DNA of 64,000 nucleotides, taken from positions 1,788,634-1,852,633 of the forward strand of contig NC_068990.1 of NCBI RefSeq assembly GCF_001194135.2, in the 5' to 3' direction. Shown here one piece after another: positions 1-14,802 of this stretch. A model generated the notes under the pieces. It made no database searches and was not told the DNA's origin. It worked only from the letters and a program-made list of their open reading frames with translations. The number at the start of each line of letters is the position of its first letter. Position 1 is the first letter of the stretch. This DNA is from Octopus bimaculoides. Its lineage: Eukaryota. Position numbers and translations under genes: made by a program.

Positions 1-143
1 TTTTGTTCTGTGCGTATCAAAAATATCGCTATCAATTTAGAGTAAAATTTGTAGTTTTAGAATCAGTAGTTCTTTGGCTGCTATTTCTGAATTCTCAGTA
101 TGTTGGAGAAGCAGGTTACTGTCAATCCCTATATATTTATGAT

Positions 144-208
<65 letters not shown>

Positions 209-1479
209 GTGTGTGTATGTGTGTATGTATACGCATACCACATTCAATCACAGTGCTTTTATTGGCTTGAAACTATGTGATAAAAGACCAAATCCTCCTC
301 AAACAACTCATCGGCCATCTTAAAAAATGAATGCATTTGATAAGTCTGTGCAGTTAAGAGGCTGGCCTGAGGTTAAAGAGACCAGATGAGAACAGAACTA
401 TAACAGTAACAACAGGTAAGGATCATACACCAAGTGTTAGTAAAGAAGTTGGTTTGAAATTGGTGCCTTATCTGATTTGTGATCCCCTGACAATAAGTAA
501 CCAAATATAGTGCTATGTTAATTAATTATGCTTTCTTATCTGGATACATGATAATATGCAAATTCAAAATCTCATTACATTCTTGTCAAAATAATGAAAA
601 GCCACGTTTTGATTGTGTCTTTTCTCTTTTTTAATTTTTTAGCTTTGTTTATTTATTTATTTGTTTTTTTTTTGGGTTTTTTTTGCTCACGGAGAAAATA
701 ATTTGCACACCTCATAAGATTTTTGTGGATATAAACCATTAAAATTCAGATGAGGCCATTGATAGTGTTATCCCATAACCAGATCATTGGAATGTGGACC
801 ATGTCAGTATAATCTTGGCTTCTTAGAGATTATAATCCTGTCTTTTTTTTTATTAGCAAAAATCAATTTAATTTATTTTTGAAACACATTCATAATGGGA
901 AAAAAGAAAACATGACAGGTGCAATATAACTATTGATGTTGTTGTTGGTGGTGTTTATGTTGTTGTAGTTGATGTTGTTATTTGATCTGTGGTGATCAAG
1001 CAGATCTATGATCAAAGGAATTTTCTCTGTGACCATTCCTTTTATTTTTTTTATTTTCCAGATGTAGTGTGAATATAATGTTTCTATTGTTTGAAGATGG
1101 TAGGAAGTGTGTGATATGAAGGAAATTTGATTTCACACTTCTATTTCTAGTTGGTTGAGTGATTGCACATTGTCTTCTGATTTAACTCGATGGGGTAACA
1201 ACAACATTAGACAGATATCATTTTAATGAATGGCACCCCAGTCACAAGCAATGTGCTATATGATAGCATGGTAGAAATACTCTGACTCTTATAGAATGCA
1301 TACTGGCTCAGATGTGGTGCTGTGGTTAGAAAGCTTGTTTCCCACCCACATGGCTTTAGGTTTAGTCTCACTGCATGGCAACTTATGCAAGTGTCTTCTG
1401 CTATAACCCCAAGCTGACCAAAGCCTTGTAAATGGATTTGATAGATGGAAACTGCGAGAGGCTTGTCAGTGTATGTATG

Positions 1480-1510
<31 letters not shown>

Positions 1511-1597
1511 TGTATATCTGTATACAACCACCATGCAATGACACATGCATTTCTCGGACTATTCTTTTCCTTCTCTTTGGACTTTTTCCTCTTTCCG

Positions 1598-1632
1598 CTT
1601 TCTGATGAACAGCCATGCTCAAAATGTCACAG
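1598..1632 (+). ncRNA. Decayed hammerhead-like motif in a Penelope-like pyrimidine-rich repeat
   Basis: CTTT-CTGATGA-A-CAGC-CAT-GCTC-AAAA-TGT-C-ACAG. The upstream tctttggactttttc is shared with the copy at 30392. Confidence 0.55.
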
Positions 1633-1789
1633 CCCATCTTTTTTACCATCTTGTTTTTTCTCTGAGCTTCGTTCTAATATATTCACTGTGTGTCCTTTTA
1701 ACTTTTGTTGTTTGTTTTTTTTTATTTTCTTGTTTTTGTTTTTATCTTTGATTTGCTTTTCGTCTTTTCAGAGTTGATGAAATAAGAAA

Positions 1790-2407
1790 TTATTATTATT
1801 ATTATTGTTCAGTAGTTTTATTTTTATAACGTGCTTTCACTTCACTACTGAGCGCAGCTCTGTGCGCCTTGGTTATGTGCTGTGGTTTGCTGTGGTGCTC
1901 TTATGTTTACTGTATTGAAAGTGTTTTGCGTAGAATGTGTGCAGTACCCTGTAGTGCAATTTTCTGTATGTTATATATATTTGTAAGTCCTGGTATTTTT
2001 GTTATGTATTTGTCTGAATATTTTTTTATTATACCTAAGGCACCTACTATGATAGGAATTGTTTCTGTTTTTAGATTCCACATTCGAGTTATCTCTATTT
2101 CCAGGTCTTTGTATTTTGAAAGTTTTTCCATTTCTTTTAGAGAAACGTTGTCATCTGCTGGTATTGATACATCAATTAGAAAGCATTTTTTTTCTTCATG
2201 ATCTTTAACAACTATATCTGGTCTATTTGCCTTAATTTCTCTATCTGTGTGTATTGGCATATCCCAGAGTATGGTTGCTTTCTCGTTTTCTGTGACCTTT
2301 TCTGGCGTGTGTTTATACCATCTTTTTTCTGTTGTTATTCCATAGTGTTGGTATAGCTTCCAGTGTATATAGGTCCCAGCTCTGTCGTGTCTGTGAATAT
2401 ATTCCTT
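1790..2407 (-). mobile_element. 5'-truncated R4/Dong-like non-LTR retrotransposon (RLE domain, 3' UTR and TAA tail) inserted in a (TAA)n tract
   Basis: Uninterrupted minus-strand frame 2407->1907: KEYIHRHD...KWYKHTPEKV-like...ILWDMPIHTDREIKANRPDIVVKD...LIDVSIPADDNVSLKEMEKLSKYKDL...VGALG...ALQGTAHILRK. RHD plus PD..D..K motifs are typical of the restriction-like endonuclease. (ATT)n lies on both sides (about 1790-1806 and 2407-2443). Confidence 0.9.
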
Positions 2408-3629
2408 ATTATTATTATTATTATTATCATTATTATTATTATTTTTACTTTATGCTGACTCACTGCCTTATGTTCCATAAGAATAACTGTGCATTTCTCT
2501 TGACTCATTACGAAGTCAGCTGTAGAAAAACAAGCCTTATACAGTGCTGAGTCAACTGCCATATCCTACTAGCGTGATGAAAATTAAAGAGAACCGGCAG
2601 GATTTGAACCCAAGAACAGAGGGCTATGACAATAAATACTGTAAGGCATTTAGTTTCGTGTTCACAAATTATTTCTAAGCTATTCAGAAATGTATGATTG
2701 AAATGGCTGAATGGATAGGATATTAGACTAACCACTACATAGATGGACACTTCCGTTCATTTATTTTCTTTCTGATGTAAGGGTTAAATTCAGTGCCACC
2801 ATTTATATTTTTGTCTTTGCATAAAAATGTTTAATATTATTAGCTGCACTTCATTTCAGCTTGATGTTGGGATATATGCATTTACATGTTCCCATAACCT
2901 GCATAAGAATTTCAACTATAAAGCTGTGACGATAATGTTCTCTGCATAAGAATTATTCACCCCTCTACTTCAGGCCATGAAACTATAGATAAATACTGGT
3001 CTTTTATAAAGACATTTTTGTTACATGTCTATTGGGGTTAGATGGGGAGAATAATGTAAATAAATAGAAAATTCCCTCCCTTTTATGATGATGAAACATA
3101 AAAGAACTTCCATTGCTTTGTGATTAGAAACATCTGTATCCTAGAACTTTGTTACTTTTCTTCCTCGAATACGTTTTGTTGTTAGATTATAAGCATAGCC
3201 TTTTCTCTCACCTTAACCTTCACAGCTTCAGCTCTCAGAATAAATCATCTGGTATTCAAACACTGAATTACAAAGTATTGATTTGTATCTCTAGATATTT
3301 TCATGAAACCTGCTGAATGGATGGATATTAGATAAACATATAATTAGTTTGCAAGGAATGATGTTGTTTGCTGGGAAAATGCAGAAACATAAGATATTAT
3401 GCAAGAGTAAACAAAAACATGTCAGAAAGATATTTATATATGAGTGTGTGTGTGTATGATATTCATACATTTATTAATAAACATATATATCTAAGTGTAC
3501 ATATATATATACCTATTTGTATGCATACATCATCATCATCAGTTTAACACCCACTTCTCCATACTTGTATATACATATGTATGTCCATTGGATGGACATA
3601 CATATATAAGTGTATGTGTGTGTGTATGC

Positions 3630-3687
<58 letters not shown>

Positions 3688-4227
3688 ATACGTGTATATA
3701 TGCCAGTATGCAAGGCAGACGTTAAACGATGATGATGATGATATGTGTGTGTGTGTGTAAATATACACTCTTATATATGCATACACACACACATGCTCGC
3801 AAACACACACACACGCATGCACACACTTGCACATAATTTTACTTTTCTTGGGGCAAATGGCATTATTAATTCTGACAAGATCCATGCAAAAGAAGGGACT
3901 TGATAGCAAAGTTGTCACAGTGGATGACAACCAACAAACAAACGAATGAACCAACCCACCTATCCATCAAAACTAACCAACCAACCAGCCAACCATTCAA
4001 CAAATTAAAAATACCTCAACACTGCCTCAACCTCCTCTAACATATCTTGATGCATACTAGAAAACTTTATCGTCAAGATTCGATTTGAACACATCTAAAG
4101 ACATGGAAAAATGGTAGCTTTGACTGATTTTTACCTTTTAAATACTATTAATACATTATAGAATCAAATATAAAATTTTTTTCTGATATAGAATACGGAA
4201 TATGATAGAAAATATATCAATTCAGGC

Positions 4228-4334
<107 letters not shown>

Positions 4335-5155
4335 ATAGTTTTCACTTCTACTGTTTTTGAAATCAGCACATTTTCAATGGTTCTTCTTATAAGTCGATGA
4401 GCTGAGTTGAGTTTAACCCTAGGCACGGTAAGAGCCACCAATGACAATTAAGATGCTCTGCATCAAAATTTGAACACATCGGTGATCTGGCTATATCTGC
4501 ACCTGTAAGGAGCTTGTCTCTCTTGTCAGCTTATTAAGATACTGCTCCTGTGGCTAATGAATTGATTTGACTCTTATTTCTAGCAATGCTGGTACCACAT
4601 TGTACTCTGTCACTTTAGTGATGTCTATAAATATATATGTATATATCCTGAAGTGCAGTCATTTTCTGGTTGTCTTAACCTCTTTGTTGAAGGCACAGGG
4701 CTCAGTTGTTAGAATGTTGGGCTCACAATCATGAAGCAGTAAGTTCAATTCCTGGTCCAGGCTGTGTGTTGAGCAAGACATTTTATTTCATGTTGCTCCT
4801 GCTCACTTAGCTGTAGAAATGATTTGCAATGTCACTGGTGCTAAGTTGTATTGACCTTTGCCTTTCCCCTGAATAACATTGGTGGTGTGGAGTGGGAGGC
4901 AGGACTTGTACCTTGTGGGGTAACTTTCTAGGTGCAATCCCATGGTCATTCATGACTGAAGGGGTTCTTTACTTTTTAAACTCTTTTGTGCCACTGGGTT
5001 ATAGGTGAATGCCCTGAAATGTGGCATCAGTGCCGTGCAAAACTTTACCCACTCAAATCAATTTCTCACATAGGAACTTTCTGGATCCCCTCATAACATT
5101 TGTACCGATTTACTGAAATTCAGAAGTGGTCTTACTTGGTTATGAATTGACTTGT

Positions 5156-5405
5156 GGAGGCGCATGGCTTAGTGGTTAGGGTGTTGAACTCATGATCATA
5201 AGATTGTGGTTTCAGTTCCTGGACTGGGTGGTGCATTGTGTTCTTGAGCAAAACATTTCATTTTATGTTACTCCAGTCCACTCAGTTGGCATAAATGTGT
5301 AATCCTGAATTGGACTAGCTTCCCGTCCAGGTGGGGAAGATATATGCCATGAAACTGAGAAACTGGCCCCTTGTGAGTAGGTGTGACTCGAGAAAGTAAC
5401 TTTAC
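5156..5405 (+). mobile_element. tRNA-derived SINE family C
   Basis: Head ggaggcgcatggcttagtggttagggtgttgaactcatgatcataagattgtggtttcagttcctggac. Related copies at about 4690-4975(+), 27810-28072(-), 30490-30795(+), 36730-36890(-), 62380-62520(-), 63630-63840(+). Confidence 0.8.
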
Positions 5406-5667
5406 CTTTATTAGTTGACTTTTACCACCATATATGTATGTATGCATGTATGTATGCATGTATGTATATATGTACATACATATGTATGTACATATGTATG
5501 TATATAAGTATATATATATGTATGTACATATGTATGTAATGTATGTATGTACATACATATATAAGTACGTATGTATGTATGTACATACGTATCTACATAT
5601 GTATGTATGTACATACATATGTATGTAAGTAAGTATACAAGCATGTATGTGTGTGTGTGTGTATGCA

Positions 5668-5882
5668 AGATTTCAAGATGTCAAAGAAATCCAAGAGAAT
5701 ACAATGAGGCAGCTGTTCACTATCCCCCAAAAGAAGTTCCATGAATGCTTGCATCAATAGAAACAACTTTGGATAAAACGTGTGGCTTCTGAAAGGGACC
5801 ATTTCAAAGGAAATGAAATCCTGGATATTCGTTGCTTTCTTTTTAGAGCACCAGTCCTGATATGTTTTGACTAAAGACCTCA
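5668..5882 (+). mobile_element. Mariner transposase C-terminal remnant with right end
   Basis: Translates RFQDVKEIQENTMRQLFTIPQKKFHECLHQ*KQLWIKRVASERDHFKGNE, matching the mariner C-terminal pattern RF..VEEIQ...L..IP...F..CF..W..RW.KCV...G.YFEG. Ends ...agacctca followed by TA. Confidence 0.7.
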
Positions 5883-6209
5883 TATATGTATCTGTGTGTA
5901 TGTCAGTATGAATGTGTTTATATAATATAGGAGAGATTGGATTCAAGGGATTTAGTAGAATTCACAGTAAGCATGCTAGTTGAGGAACAGGCTATCAGGT
6001 GACAAGAGAATTTATCTACAACGTAATTTAACAGAGTGATGCAACTGAATATGCAGGATGTACTAACAGTGATGCTTCCATTCTTGAGTACAGCAACTAG
6101 TCTATCAATAAGCAAAAACCAGATGTGAGAGGCAAATAATTTTCATATTTCTATAAATGTTACAACTGTTTGACAATTTGCTCCAGTTGACATCATTCAC
6201 TTTAATGCA

Positions 6210-6250
<41 letters not shown>

Positions 6251-7013
6251 ATGCGTATGTGTGCTTGTGTGTGTTTGTGCGTATGTAGTTTACTTTTCCA
6301 TTAAGGTAAGATAAAAAAAATGTACTCCATCCAGTGAGAGATAAATACTATTTTATGCACACTGTATACAGTTATGAGCTTCTAATACTTTCATGTATTA
6401 GAGACGTAGTCTAATGTATGAAATTATTAGTAACTCATAACTATAATTAAATACACACACACACACCTTCTATATGTCAACACATCATATACATATATGT
6501 ATGCATATATATATATATGCACTCAAACATTATACAGTACAATCATATAGTAATACTATGATGCACAGAAGAAAGGAAATTTAGTTTCAGACTGCATTCT
6601 AGATGGACTGCACATGCCTCTAGTGTACAGAAAATAAAAACATTTGCCTCTAATCCTTGCCTGGTTTTTAAGGCTGGTTTTATATTTTTATTGTACACAT
6701 TATTGAAAATGCAGAGCTAGCAGGAGATTTGCTGAGAAGGAAATGAGAATAAACTACTCTCTATTTGGGCTCAGTACTTTTTCATGTGAAGCGCAGAATG
6801 TAAACATTCACATACACATACATGCAAACACACACAGACGCTTACATATGCAGATATGAAGGACTTCATACAGTTTCCAAATTCACTCACAGGCCATTGG
6901 TCAACTAAAGGTAATAGAAAGGGAAAAATATGCCCTAGATACTGTACAAGGACTGAATCTGAAATCACATGGTGTATGTGTGTGTACATTTGTATGTACA
7001 TGTGTGTGTACAT

Positions 7014-7045
<32 letters not shown>

Positions 7046-8089
7046 NNNNNNNNNNNNNNNNNNNNNNNNNNNNNNNNNNNNNNNNNNNNNNNNNNNNNNN
7101 NNNNNNNNNNNNNNNNNNNNNNNNNNNNNNNNNNNNNNNNNNNNNNNNNNNNNNNNNNNNNNNNNNNNNNNNNNNNNNNNNNNNNNNNNNNNNNNNNNNN
7201 NNNNNNNNNNNNNNNNNNNNNNNNNNNNNNNNNNNNNNNNNNNNNNNNNNNNNNNNNNNNNNNNNNNNNNNNNNNNNNNNNNNTATATATATACATACAT
7301 ATACATATATACATACATACGCACACACACACACACACACACATTTAATATATATCATTAATAACTGCATCTAAGTTTTGGGTTTTGTTTTTATTTGTTT
7401 TTCTCTGCAATAATGTTTTACAAATGGCTGCCTTTCTTTTGAGAATCACCATTCAAAGCAAATAATTGACAAATGATGTATTACTAAAGATACTTACCAT
7501 TAACGAAAACATAATGTGAAAAAAATAAATAAATAAAAAAAATAAAATAAAGATCATAAAGAGTTTAAACACATCTCTGCTAAATCCAGTATTTATTTCA
7601 TTTGGAAAATAAACATACAACATCCTGATAATTCATTGCCAACTGGCTGTGTTTCTATAATTGTAATTTCAAAAGAATTCTCTCCAATACACACATTTTT
7701 TTTTTATCCATTCCTTTTACTCTTATTTTATTCTTTTATTCTGTTGTTTATTCATTCTTGTTTGTTATATGTGTGTATTTTATTTTCTCTCTACTGCAGA
7801 ACTAAATTTGTATCAGCAAGATTTTTCAGTATAACCAATATGTTAATTTTTTGTTGATCAGCGATAACTAAAATCAATAGAGATATATTTTTTAAAGAAA
7901 TCTGAATTTTTAGTGACATAGGCACAGGCATGGCTGTGTAGTAAGAAGATTGCTTCCCAACCACATGGTTCTGGGTTCAGTCCCACTATATGACACCTTG
8001 GTCAAGTTTCTTCTTCTATAGTCATGGGTCAACCAAAGCCTTGTGAGAGGATTTGGTAGATGGAAACTGAAAGAAGCCCNNNNNNNNNN

Positions 8090-8133
<44 letters not shown>

Positions 8134-9096
8134 GTGTGTGTGTGTGTGTTTGTGTCTGTTTGTCCCACACCACTGCTTGACAGCCAGCGCTGGTTTGTTT
8201 ATGTCCCTGTAACTCAGCAGCTCAACAAAAGAGACCAATAGAATGAGTACCAGGCTTCAAAAAATAAGTCTTGGGGTTGATTCATTGGACTAAAAATTCT
8301 TCAAAGTGGTGCTCCAGCATGGCTGCACTTTAATGATTGAAACAGATAAAAGAAAAGAAAAGAATAATAGCCATGTTAAGAGATGCCAGAGGCAGTGTCC
8401 ATGACTTCAAAAGCCTTTCTGGGATGCATTTTTCACAAAAGGATTCTCCAAGGTCCAGGTTGTGTTTTTTGTTTTTACGCGATTTAATTAAAGAGGGAAA
8501 GGAAGAACACTTGATGCCTTCTGGGGTCTCTGAGACAGGTGAGGTAAGGAGAGAGGAAGTTAATCACAAGTTCGTTTCGTGACCTGAAATTTTGCAGCAG
8601 AGTATAGTTTAGAAAAGGCATCCATAGGCCAGGTGGTGGTGTTAAACAAGGAGGCACATTATGTCTGCCTCTCATGAACAAGTACATCCATTTTATGGGC
8701 TTTCATTCAATTTACGTCAAGCCAATGTCACTCCTATGTAAAATATATTTTACCAAATATTTTGAGATGGTGAAGGCAAGCAATTTCATGTTTAGCATGT
8801 TTGGTTAATTAAAGCTACGTCTCACATGAGAGAGTGTATTATGTCCTTGAGCAAGACACTTCATTTCATCCTTACTCCAGTATACTCACCTGGAAATGCA
8901 TACCATGGCATGTAGAATTTAACCCTGTGATGGACTAGCATCTCATTGTTTAAGTTTTGTAGCTCTAGCCTCATCAGCTTGTAAGCTTGAGCTGAACTTT
9001 AGACCAGTGTTTCTGACAATATTTTGGTGGGATATGGGACATAAGACTGGATTATAGGTATGTAACAAATGCATAAAACTTCTTTTGAAGACACGC

Positions 9097-9185
<89 letters not shown>

Positions 9186-10020
9186 TTATATTAACTTCAT
9201 ATTGGGTGCATAGTTTTTTAAAAATCAAAGTGGTGTGTGTAACATAAAAAAGCTTGAGAGATATTGCTTTTGATGTTCTATAAACCATTATTATAATTTT
9301 TGTTAAACCTCTCTTTCTAACAACTTCTGATCTGGTTCACAATTCTTCCCCCCCCTCTCTCTTTCTCTCTCCTTCTTGTAAGTATGCATTCATATATATG
9401 TGCATGCATGTGTTTGTGCATGTGTGTGTGTATGTGTGTGTGTATACTAACATATTTCTCAACACTGTCATTAAAGACATTAGAGCAAAATTATGAATCT
9501 CTAGTCTGTCCACATCTCTCGCTCTCCCTCTCTCTCTCTCTCTCCCTCTCTCTCATCTGTCTTCCTCTGTATGTATAATGATGCATGATTATGCTTGTAG
9601 ACACAATTATATGATTGCAGTATTTTCTGTCTGTCTGACACCTGTATGTCTGTATGAATATGAATGTACATGGACACACATTTCTCAACAGAATTGTTAA
9701 CAATATTTAAATAAACTTATTATGATAAAACTTCTGAAAATATGTAATTTCTTATTTTCAAAAGTGTTTGCTGTAAGATTTCAGTAAATGTTTTTAACGA
9801 TCATATTGAGAACTTTGTATGAATTTATCATCTAATATGCATACATTCGTACATTCTTAGAGACAAAAGCAGCAGACAGATAATATTGTTGTCATATCAA
9901 AAATACTGTATCTGCATGTACGTGTATGTGTATATGTCATTATATAAAGACAAAGTGTGAAAGAAAGGAAGGAGAGAGAAAGAGAGGGAAAGAGAGAGAG
10001 AAAATAAGAGAGAGAGAGAG

Positions 10021-10052
<32 letters not shown>

Positions 10053-10999
10053 GGAAAGAGAGAGAGAAAGAGAGGGAAAGAGAGAGAGAGAAAGAGAGAG
10101 AGAGAGGACAGACAGAAAAAAAATGGAAATTCATTCTTTCTTCTTCCAATGATGTAATAAGGTATTTCTTTAAAAAGATCTGTTTATTCCCCCACCACCT
10201 TTCTCTCTCTCTATCTCTATGTCTCTCTCTCTCTCTCTATCTCTATGTCTCTCTCTCTCTCTCTCCCCCCTCTCCCCCTCTCTCTCCCTCTCTCTCTCTC
10301 CCTCTCTCTCTCTCCCTNNNNNNNNNNNNNNNNNNNNNNNNNNNNNNNNNNNNNNNNNNNNNNNNNNNNNNNNNNNNNNNNNNNNCTCCCTCTCTCTCCC
10401 CCTCTCTCCCTCTCCCTCTCTCTCTCTCTACTACTGTCTTTACCTTCACTTCTTACCCAGTACACAGTTACCCTAGGTTATTCACAAGTAATATATCCTC
10501 GACAGTTTCATCTATTCAGTCATTTCAGGAAAATAGCTGAATGATTATTTTCTTACAGATATTTCTATATTCCTTGAGGACTCCACGAACTAAATCCACT
10601 CTTTAGAGACAATATATCACAAGAAGGCAATGTGCTCTGTAAAAGTAGACGATGTTAACGACTTATACGTATTTTGATTTATTAAATTCTTTTTTTATTT
10701 CAATGTTTTACCTTCTTTTATTTCATTCTTTCTTTACATATATAGCAATATATATTTGATGCAAAGTATTACTTATTTCTAGCATAAAACAATGGGTCAT
10801 ACAATAGTATTTAAATAACCAGTGTTTAAACGCTGATGATGATGATAATGATGATGATGTTTGGAAATTGGGAAAGTGGGTAACAATTTGAAATTTCAAA
10901 AAGTATTTTGAAGATTGTGTTTTGATAATGTTAAATATCAATGCAAAGGTTATTAAAAATGTAATTTTCTTCTTTAATGGTAATAATAATGATGCCAAT

Positions 11000-11200
11000 G
11001 GTGATCCATCCATCGATCCATCTTCTTCCCACTACTGTTTCTGGGAAAGTCATGGGAGTAGAGTCCTCAGGCACCTCTTCTGTAGGGTCCCATCAGAACT
11101 GGCCAGCATTAGACTTTCTGGCTGGATTGCCAAGCATGACCAATTAAGACTATGGATGTTATCCAACCATCTCATTCTTCATCCACCCCAAGATTTTCCA
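11000..11200 (-). mobile_element. Possible ancient RTE-like LINE 3' end
   Basis: Minus strand gives RGGG*RMRWLDNIH, similar to GRPR.RWLDNI, and ends in a ggatggatgg-like tail. Confidence 0.35.
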
Positions 11201-12625
11201 TTAGTTGCCTCAACTTGAAAATTCTTTCCTGTGATATTATTAACCATGCCAATAGTACTGGAACTGTGACCTCTAGAAGCTGTGGCTTGGCCTGGAGAGA
11301 ATTCCTGATCTCCAAATTATGCATATAACATTACTCCAGAGATTCTCCAGGGGAACCCAATTTCAACCATTTCTATTTGCTATCATACTCCTTTGGTCAT
11401 TACCCACATTCAAAACCATAGGTCAGGATAGGTACAAAAACCAAATGGAAGAGAATGAATTTGACTTCCCTTTAACAGTGATAATTTCTTTTTCCAATAT
11501 TTTCTTTTATTCGGTTGGAAAGGCAACACTCATGATATTTTAAAGGGCTTCCAAAGCTTGTGGGAGAGAGGGAGGGAGAAAGGTATGCCCAGATCAGAAA
11601 CCTTGTCTGAAAGTTTGCAACAGAGAGAACTTTGTTAAAGGCACCCAAGGATCTGGTAGAAGTACTAAACCAGGTGAAATTTATAGTCTGCCATCGAATA
11701 GGCCTTGATAGGTTTTGAATGCAGAACACGAAAATCAGAACAAATATTGCAAGGCATTTGGTCCAACATTCTTAGAATTCTACCAAGTTTTGCCCTTTGA
11801 TTAATGTGTTTTTTAGTTCCTTGATATAACAGATCTATGATCAAAGGAATTTCATCCATGACTAACCCATCTTTCTGTGTATCAGGGACTGTATTGTCTG
11901 ATGTATTCCACTTTTAAGATGATTGGATTTGATTTGAGGGAAATATCACTTCTCTTTCTACGATGTCAAGTTATGGTGTTGTTGTAGTGTGACCTATGAA
12001 ACATGATATTTTAGTGGTGGCTATAAAGTAATTTTAGCAATATGAGGACTGTTTTGCTTTTGTATGTCTGTTTCTTTCCCAAGACAGCAAGGGGAATTTT
12101 TAAAAATCTTTCAATGTTGCATGTAAGTGGTTTCATTTTTCAATTTTTCAAGTGCACACATTATAGGGAAATCCATCTAGAGGAAGTTGTTCACTTTATA
12201 TATATANNNNNNNNNNNNNNNNNNNNNNNNNNNNNNNNNNNNNNNNNNNNNNNNNNNNNNNNNNNNNNNNNNNNNNNNNNNNNNNNNNNNNNNNNNNNNN
12301 NNNNNNNNNNNNNNNNNNNNNNNNNNNNNNNNNNNNNNNNNNNNNNNNNNNNNNNNNNNNNNNNNNNNNNNNNNNNNNNNNNNNNNNNNNNNNNNNNNNN
12401 NNNNNNNNNNNNNNNNNNNNNNNNNNNNNNNNNNNNNNNNNNNNNNNNNNNNNNNNNNNNNNNNNNNNNNNNNNNNNNNNNNNNNNNNNNNNNNNNNNNN
12501 NNNNNNNNNNNNNNNNNNNNNNNNNNNNNNNNNNNNNNNNNNNNNNNNNNNNNNNNNNNNNNNNNNNNNNNNNNNNNNNNNNNATATATATATATATAAA
12601 GGTTGTGGTGAATAAATTGTCTAAA

Positions 12626-13093
12626 AGAATCAAACATCCAGTCAACATCATGGTGTTTGGAGTGATCACTAATGATGGTGACGTTATGCCTCCATTCATC
12701 TTCCCACACAGCCTCACACAATTTCTGTGACCACATTACCCTTAACATCTGGCCACCTAAATCCTCAGACTGCAACCCCCTTGATTATTATGTATGGGGC
12801 ACAGTTGAGCGAGAGACCAACAAAATTCCTTGTAACACCAAAGATGAACTGAAGGCAAGGATTACGGCAGCATTCACCAACTTATATACCAACTTATCCT
12901 GTAGAGTTGCAGGAGATTCTGAAGTCGTCTGGAGTCTGTGGTCAAAGCCAATGACAATTTCATTGAATAAATTTACTCCTTAGTATTTCAGGATATTTTT
13001 ATGTAATTTTGGTAAATATATCTGTTAAAATGAGATGTCAGTGTTATTTTCATTTTTGCATAATTTAGACGACAATCTATTCATTGCACCCTG
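12626..13093 (+). mobile_element. Internally deleted Tc1/mariner-superfamily element, maT/DD37D-like, with right TIR
   Basis: KHPVNIMVFGVITNDGDVMPPFIFPH, then after a frameshift/deletion NFCDHITLNIWPPKSSDCNPLDYYVWGTVERETNK...LKARI. The WPP.S.D.NPLDY motif has D as third catalytic residue. Ends ...cattgcaccctg followed by TA. Confidence 0.85.
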
Positions 13094-14296
13094 TATATAT
13101 ATGTATGCATATATAACTATAACATCTTCATATAATTTTTCTTGTGTGCAAAATAGTATCAGCTGGTTGCAACTCCTTGCTGAACAGTCTTTATTACAGA
13201 GATTTCCTTCTCCCAAATTGATTGTCTTCATTACTTCTGGTGAGTACAATCTACCCTTGACTATATTGTATGGCCTGAATTCCTCCACCCTTTGATGGGT
13301 TTTCTTTTTCATTCCTCTGGGTGTCCAAAAATCACCCACCTCACCAAGCAAGGTTTAGTTTTCTTTCAGAAATCTGGAATAATGGCTGGATTTCTCATAA
13401 CTATTGACAGTACATTGTAATATTTTTACAGGAAACAGATTATTTTCCTCATCTTCCTCCTGTGTCTCCTATTACCCAGAACTATTGCGAAGTATTGCAT
13501 TAGATTTCTCCGTTGTGTTAATAGTGATTGACAGGCTGTATTTAAAGGGATTCTTATTAGAAAAGCTGTATGAAATGCTATGCCTCGCAGGTTTCAAAAC
13601 TGCAATTGATTAATTATATGGGAGAGATATGTTAGAGTTGTTAGAGTGTCAGAAATGATGCATTGTGGTGTTTATTCTGACTTTCTGAGTTCAAATCTTG
13701 TCAAGGTCAACTCTGCTTTTCATCCTTTTGAGATTAATAAAAGAAATGAGCAATCATAGGCACACACCCACACACACATTTGTGTATATATGCATATACA
13801 TATATACATTTATATATTCTTTTATTCTTTTATTTGTTTCAGTCGTTTGACTGTGGCCATGCTAGAGCACCACCTTTAGTTGAACAAATCGACCCCAAAC
13901 AAATAAACGAAATGACAATAAATAGTACCAGCCCTTTATATCACCCAACTCCCATGTCTTCTTAATCTTTTACTCTTGCCACACTCATCTTTCTCTCATC
14001 CTCATTATCTTTTCCTCGCCATCCCTCTATGGAAGCAAAGCCTTTTAAATGACACTTCTATTGATTAAATTTTACATATCTCCATCTAGTATCCACATTT
14101 ACATTAAAGATCTTGAAATGACTTTAACTTTGACAATATTTGACAATATTCACTTTGATCACTGAAAGCGAGCATGATTTTCTTATGGCAAAAACAAAAA
14201 ATCAAAAAAAAAAAAAAAAAAAAAAAATCAAACAAACCAAACCAAAGGAAAAAAAAAAAAATCAATGATTTTTCAATTGATAATCGAATCAAATGG

Positions 14297-14346
<50 letters not shown>

Positions 14347-14802
14347 TAATAATACATGATAAGAATAATAATCAGTAAATGCAATATGATGAATCGGAAT
14401 CAAAGACATTATTAATATTCAGCTTTAATCCTTTTACGCATAGATTGAAAGCAATTCCATGGAATAATTAGAAGTTCTGCCTAATAACTCAACTTACATA
14501 ATTCACTCAACAGCTGATGAAATAGATTCCTATATGGTTCCTCAATCTAGCTCTGCAAGAAATAGCAACCTAATGGACTCTCAAAAGATATTCTGCCATC
14601 TCAAAAGGAAAGATATATTCGACGATATATATGTCTATATTTTTCATTTTTATGTCCGTGTGGGTATGAAGTTTGCTCCTAACAACATGGACTCGAGTTC
14701 TAATTTACTTTGTAACACGTTCAGAAAGTGTCTTTGGCTGTAGCCTCAGGCTGGCCAATGTCTTGTGAGTGAAGCTGGTTGGCAGAAACTGTACGGAAGG
14801 AA

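Noticed and set aside
8963-9057. AG...GT-bounded 95-nt candidate exon
   Set aside because: All frames are closed; the longest ends in TAG immediately before the donor.
13200-13239. 40-nt candidate exon with a strong gtgagt donor
   Set aside because: Too short to identify, with no partner exon or homology.
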